DNA from: Nymphaea colorata
Taxonomy: Eukaryota
Assembly (NCBI RefSeq): GCF_008831285.2
Contig: NC_045138.2
Location: 22,816,001-22,880,000, forward strand
DNA: 64,000 nt
Reading direction: 5' to 3'
Shown here: piece by piece, positions 62,774-64,000 of the stretch
Position numbering within the stretch: position 1 is the first letter of the stretch
Layout of the letters: each line of letters opens with the position of its first letter
Notes under the pieces: model-generated
The model's input: the letters and a program-made list of their open reading frames with translations, nothing else
What the model was told of the DNA's origin: nothing
The model's database searches: none
Program-made: the position numbers and the translations under genes

Positions 62774-63598
62774 CTTAAGTAATGATTCTGAATGATAGAG
62801 ATTAAAATAGTATGAAAGATTGACGAAGTTAATAAGGACGATATGAGGTAGAGGTATATAAGGTTGTAAATTGTCACATAAGATTTCATGCATATCCAAC
62901 ATTCTCTATACTTCTATCATGCCAAATAATTTGGAGACAAAGGGGTATAGGGACCTAATTAAGATAATTTTGCACCACAATAGTCCAATGCCAAGTTATA
63001 TTTATATACCTTAGCTAAATGGTTTAGTATTAACATAGATTCTTCCTTAGGCAAATAAGGGTGAGGTTTGTCTACTTCTTCTTGGACACTCATCGATATA
63101 CTACAAGTTACCACTCATGGTACTAACGAGGGGGCTCTCTCGCCCAAGGTGTGGTCCAGTTGTAAGGCTTAATCTTGTGCTTCTGCATAAGACCAAGTCT
63201 GACAACATGATGACCGGACAAATAAGTATGAGAAGTTTTTGAAATATTAGCAAACATGCAAAAATTGGTTATCTTTAATGCAATGTTTCTTAATATAATG
63301 ATTACAATAGAAGAATGTCATTGGCTTTCAATCAAGTCTTAAATTGAGGAGAGCTGTATTTGATCTTAGATCTAGGTGGACATGATTGATCCTCCTCAAT
63401 TAGTCTTATATGCAAGAAAGCAAACATAATCACCAAGCAAAGTAATAAAATGTTAATGCGGTTAAGGCCAAAGAAGGGGACATGTTTTATCATTGACAAT
63501 ATGGGAGATGTTCAAGTTAGTGGAAATGCGTGGACAATATGAGATATGTTCAAGTTAGTGGAAATGCATCAATGATAATCATAGCCAAACGATGAGGG

Positions 63599-63616
63599 GT
63601 CTCATCATGGTCGTCA
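63599..63616 (-). other. Degenerate primer-binding site, tRNA-Arg-like
   Basis: TGACGACCATGATGAGAC, 2 nt from the inferred LTR end. Resembles TGGCGACCACAGTGGGA (complement of plant tRNA-Arg 3' end, recalled from memory). Confidence 0.55.
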
Positions 63617-63618
63617 TC

Positions 63619-64000
63619 CGTTTGCATCCCTGAAAATCTATTTTGGTCCCTGGAGTGCTCTAGAAAAATGGGGTTTTATTTTGAAATGAGAAAAAAATTG
63701 ACTCTCTCTTTGATACGAGGATTGACCGTTCCTGATGCCATTCTCAGGGATAACCAATCCAAGGGCTATGTTTATTCTTGATGCATTTCATTTTAGCTTA
63801 AACATTTTTTTTATTCTAAATGTGGTATCATGTTTGAAAAATATTGAAGATTTGATGTTTCAAATTTTTGAGAAAGAGAGTGAAAAACATTTTGATTTTA
63901 GAAATTTTGAATTGAAAAATCTTTACAAATAACATTTGGAAACTTTTGAAGATCACTTTTTGAAGTCAATTTAGTATTCTCTTAAGAGTTTACATAGGTT
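63619..64000 (-). repeat. 5' LTR of the Tat/Ogre element (truncated by window edge)
   Basis: Colinear with 48504-48880 (TTTGCATCC..AAATCTATTTTGGTC..GTGCTCTAGAAAAATG..). Confidence 0.9.

Larger units (their letters stand above)
48504..64000 (-). mobile_element. Ty3/gypsy Tat/Ogre-lineage LTR retrotransposon (decayed; 5' LTR runs off the window)
   Basis: Matching LTR sequence at 48504+ and 63619+. Order on the - strand: PBS, extra ORF (PMD), gag start, protease, RT, RH, second RH, integrase, tandem repeats, PPT, LTR. Confidence 0.93.

Noticed and set aside
1..64000. Conserved miRNA, tRNA or rRNA genes
   Set aside because: None recognised by eye. A tRNAscan/Infernal/miRBase search would be needed to exclude them.

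Overview
AT-rich angiosperm nuclear DNA, mostly transposon-derived, with many microsatellites and MITEs. There is one intact gene, a 7-exon secreted neprosin (DUF4409+DUF239) peptidase (13284-15402, -). Decayed genes include a divergent NAC factor, an intron-containing plant-mobile-domain (PMD) gene and a possible B3-like gene. Other elements are a heavily deleted Copia, probable MULE and L1 remnants and a candidate tRNA-derived SINE. The right quarter is a Tat/Ogre gypsy retrotransposon (48504 to beyond 64000, -) with an extra PMD ORF, a PR-RT intron, a second RNase H and an apparently missing gag core. Nested in it is a 6.15-kb PIF/Harbinger transposon (51704-57853), the most striking object in the window. 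It has three co-oriented ORFs: Myb/SANT, DDE transposase and an unexpected RNase-H1 hybrid-binding (Cauli_VI-like) ORF. Canonical introns link them so that each stop codon lies 10 nt from, or overlaps, the next start, which suggests an operon-like tricistronic mRNA. All calls come from manual translation and motif recognition; no searches were run.
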